Source of the DNA: Bispira polyomma
Lineage: Eukaryota
Length of the DNA: 64,000 nt
Direction of reading: 5' to 3'
Assembly (NCBI GenBank): GCA_965649765.1
Contig: OZ287749.1
Location: 88,226,001 to 88,290,000, forward strand
Below are positions 61,815 to 64,000 of the stretch, piece after piece (positions within the stretch are counted from its first letter, which is position 1; every line of letters starts with the position of its first letter). A program made the translations under genes and the position numbers. Below the pieces are notes generated by a model. The model was given only the letters and a program-made list of their open reading frames with translations, did not search any database and had not been told where the DNA came from.

Positions 61815-64000
61815 TAAACTGGCAGACAAGATAACTGTTGTTTTAAAAACTGTGAATAGAGCTTATAGAGCTTTGTAATTTGAGCCTAAAGAAAACATGT
61901 TAAAACAGAATTTGGACAGTAATGCAATGGTACTACTTACACACAAAGAATAAATCCCCGACTTTGTCATCCTGCCATGATACTTCTTTTGTGACAATGT
62001 TTATCCTGTTGAGCTCACCACAAATAACAAGGCCACCTCTGCCCTCAGATGCCACAAAGATGTAGTTTGCAATTTATAATTATTACTTTGCTGTTCCATA
62101 CTGTGAAACTGTAAGATAGATGGGTAAATACTAGGTTTTCCAACAGTGCCTCTCTTTAACCTATATGACCTAAGTTTGACCTTGTCATTTAGGTATATGA
62201 TTTTGGTAATACATGAAGTCTACTATTAGTTTATATACTGGACAAAGTTACATATACAATAAAGTTAAGACTACCTTCAGACTTGATAAGAATAACATTT
62301 ATTTAAATTTGAGAGAATAAGGTTACTCAGCCTCAAGTTGGAAAGCGTTAATTTCAGTCTTTGAATTAGATCATATAATACTTAAATAAGGGTTAAGGTA
62401 AAAGTTACACTTATTCAGGCCTATTAATTGTACTTCAAACATAATTCTTTTCTGAAGCTTGAAATACACATGGGACAGTTGTATTTGACCAAATTGTAGG
62501 GGGCCGCGGTGGCCTAGTGGTTATCAAGCATTGCGCTTCACAATCACTGGTCTCTCACCTCTGGACGGCGTGAGTTCAACTCCCGTCGAGATGCATATGT
62601 GGGAAAGGTGGTAGTTCCTTACTGTGGGCCGCTGGTTTCAGTGCAGAACCTTAATCAACTGTATGCAGTGTTTCCTCCAGTGTTTCCAACTGCCCATCCT
62701 AATATAACCTAAACAGGTAATAGAGTGGATGTTAAATATCCCAATTAAAATTGACTAAATTGTAGTCGGATTAGAATATTATTTGTATGATCACTATAAA
62801 ATGCCCTGGCCCAGTTTTACATTGAAGCCTTAGTAACTTCTTTTTCCATTGTTACAAATACCCATTAAAACCAATGGAGGTTGATGTAATTCAATTATTA
62901 CTTGTCCAAAATATTACTCGTCATAGAAAAATGGCATTGTTTACATTAAAGTTACTTTGCCACTTTAAATGATAAAGGTGAGACAAGCACACTGTTGACT
63001 TACTTAAGTGTGATATTATAGATCTTGATGTTACTTGATGGGGTTCGAAAGCCCCATCCCCTCTAATTGGATGGTGGCACCCACACAGCCAATAAGACTT
63101 TATTAAATATTAAAGTTATGATAAAATAATTTCCTAAGGAAAAACTGTTAATGGTCTAGAGAATTTGTCTCTACCACCTTTTAATTTGGACCAAGAGGGA
63201 AAATTTGTCATAGTTTAAATAGTCATTTACATTAGGTCTCAGATAACATTGATCTGGCAATATTAACCCTTTTTGCAACTTAAATCTAATTTAATCTCAA
63301 TTTAGGTGCTTAATTTTCGTGCTAATAGATTTTAAGATACAATCAATCAAAAATCAATGTTCCCTAATCATATGGTCATCAAACAGAAGTGGCCATTTAC
63401 TATAGAGATACAGGGAAAGAATATCTGTAGGGAACATAGGTTTTGTTAAATAACAAGATTTTGAGTTTTTTTCTGTAAAATGATATAATCGAAGTCAGTG
63501 TGAATAAACTGACAAAATGTTGTCCCATATTATTTATAGGGTGCATGCTTTAAATGTATTTGTTTGTTGAAAATAAATATAAAAAGAAGGAAAAAGAACA
63601 AAATGTATAAATATTGATGTTATATCTTCCAGAATGCATGTTACAGTAATTTTAGCACATTTTGCAAGAATAATATCACAGTTTTAATCTTATTGACCTT
63701 ATAAGGTCATTTGTGCCTATGTATGTGCACAACAGGGAAAGGGTACTAAAATTGCAGATGTATTTCTGATAAAATGATAGAACGACTTAAATTTGTGAGG
63801 ACGATCTTGGGTTCATAGTTTAGTTTGGGTTTAATGTCACTTTCAATAGGTATTGTATCAGCTGTACCGCTGGTCATGATATCCAAGCAGGGTAGTTTGT
63901 CAACGTTTTCTGCTCTGCAAACCACCAGCCTTAAACAAGTTTACTAACAACTTTCTCCAAAGACACACTATGACTCAGATTATATAACAGCGAATATTCA
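61815..64000. repeat. Tandem segmental duplication, unit C (partial, runs off the window)
   Basis: Collinear with ~33580-35850 and ~45015-47515 (aaaaactgtgaatagagc, gagctcaccacaaa, gggtactaaaattgca, cagcgaatattca). Confidence 0.92.
62500..62750 (+). mobile_element. Full-length tRNA-derived SINE with 15-bp TSD
   Basis: ggggccgcggtggcctagtggtt (A box), gagttcaactccc (B box); TSD ttgaccaaattgtag 62485-62499 / ttgactaaattgtag 62751-62765; empty sites at ~34399 and ~45750. Confidence 0.92.

Overview
Eukaryotic, AT-rich, repeat-dense genomic DNA from an animal, probably an invertebrate such as a lophotrochozoan (inferred only from the repeat types). It is not prokaryotic: no CRISPR, rRNA or intact tRNA was found. 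Host genes: the last three coding exons of a SPATA5L1/AFG2B-type AAA+ ATPase (6359-8294, +), one large coding exon of a BK-channel beta-subunit (KCNMB)-like gene (24546-25133, +; next exon not found in the window), and two possible antisense exons nested in the ATPase intron. Mobile DNA: (i) an ~11 kb PIF/Harbinger transposon (10214-21261) whose transposase is interrupted by an apparently full-length RTE-X-like LINE (8-bp TSD) and a hAT-like MITE (5-bp TSD); (ii) a complete Ngaro-type tyrosine-recombinase retrotransposon (52076-58679, -) with split direct repeats A1..B1A2..B2, a gag-pol slippery site, and an unexplained 113-aa ORF between A2 and B2; (iii) L2/CR1-group LINE fragments, two of which form an inverted pair, plus tRNA-derived SINEs, MITEs, a 156-bp satellite and a 32-bp minisatellite. 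From ~32.6 kb to the end, the window is a tandem array of at least three diverged ~11 kb units, whose paralogous empty sites confirm several insertion boundaries. Best candidates for something undescribed: the Ngaro A2-ORF-B2 cassette, and the in-frame single-TAG ORF1/ORF2 junction of the LINE. All alignments and identities were judged by eye; family names come from recalled motifs, not database searches.
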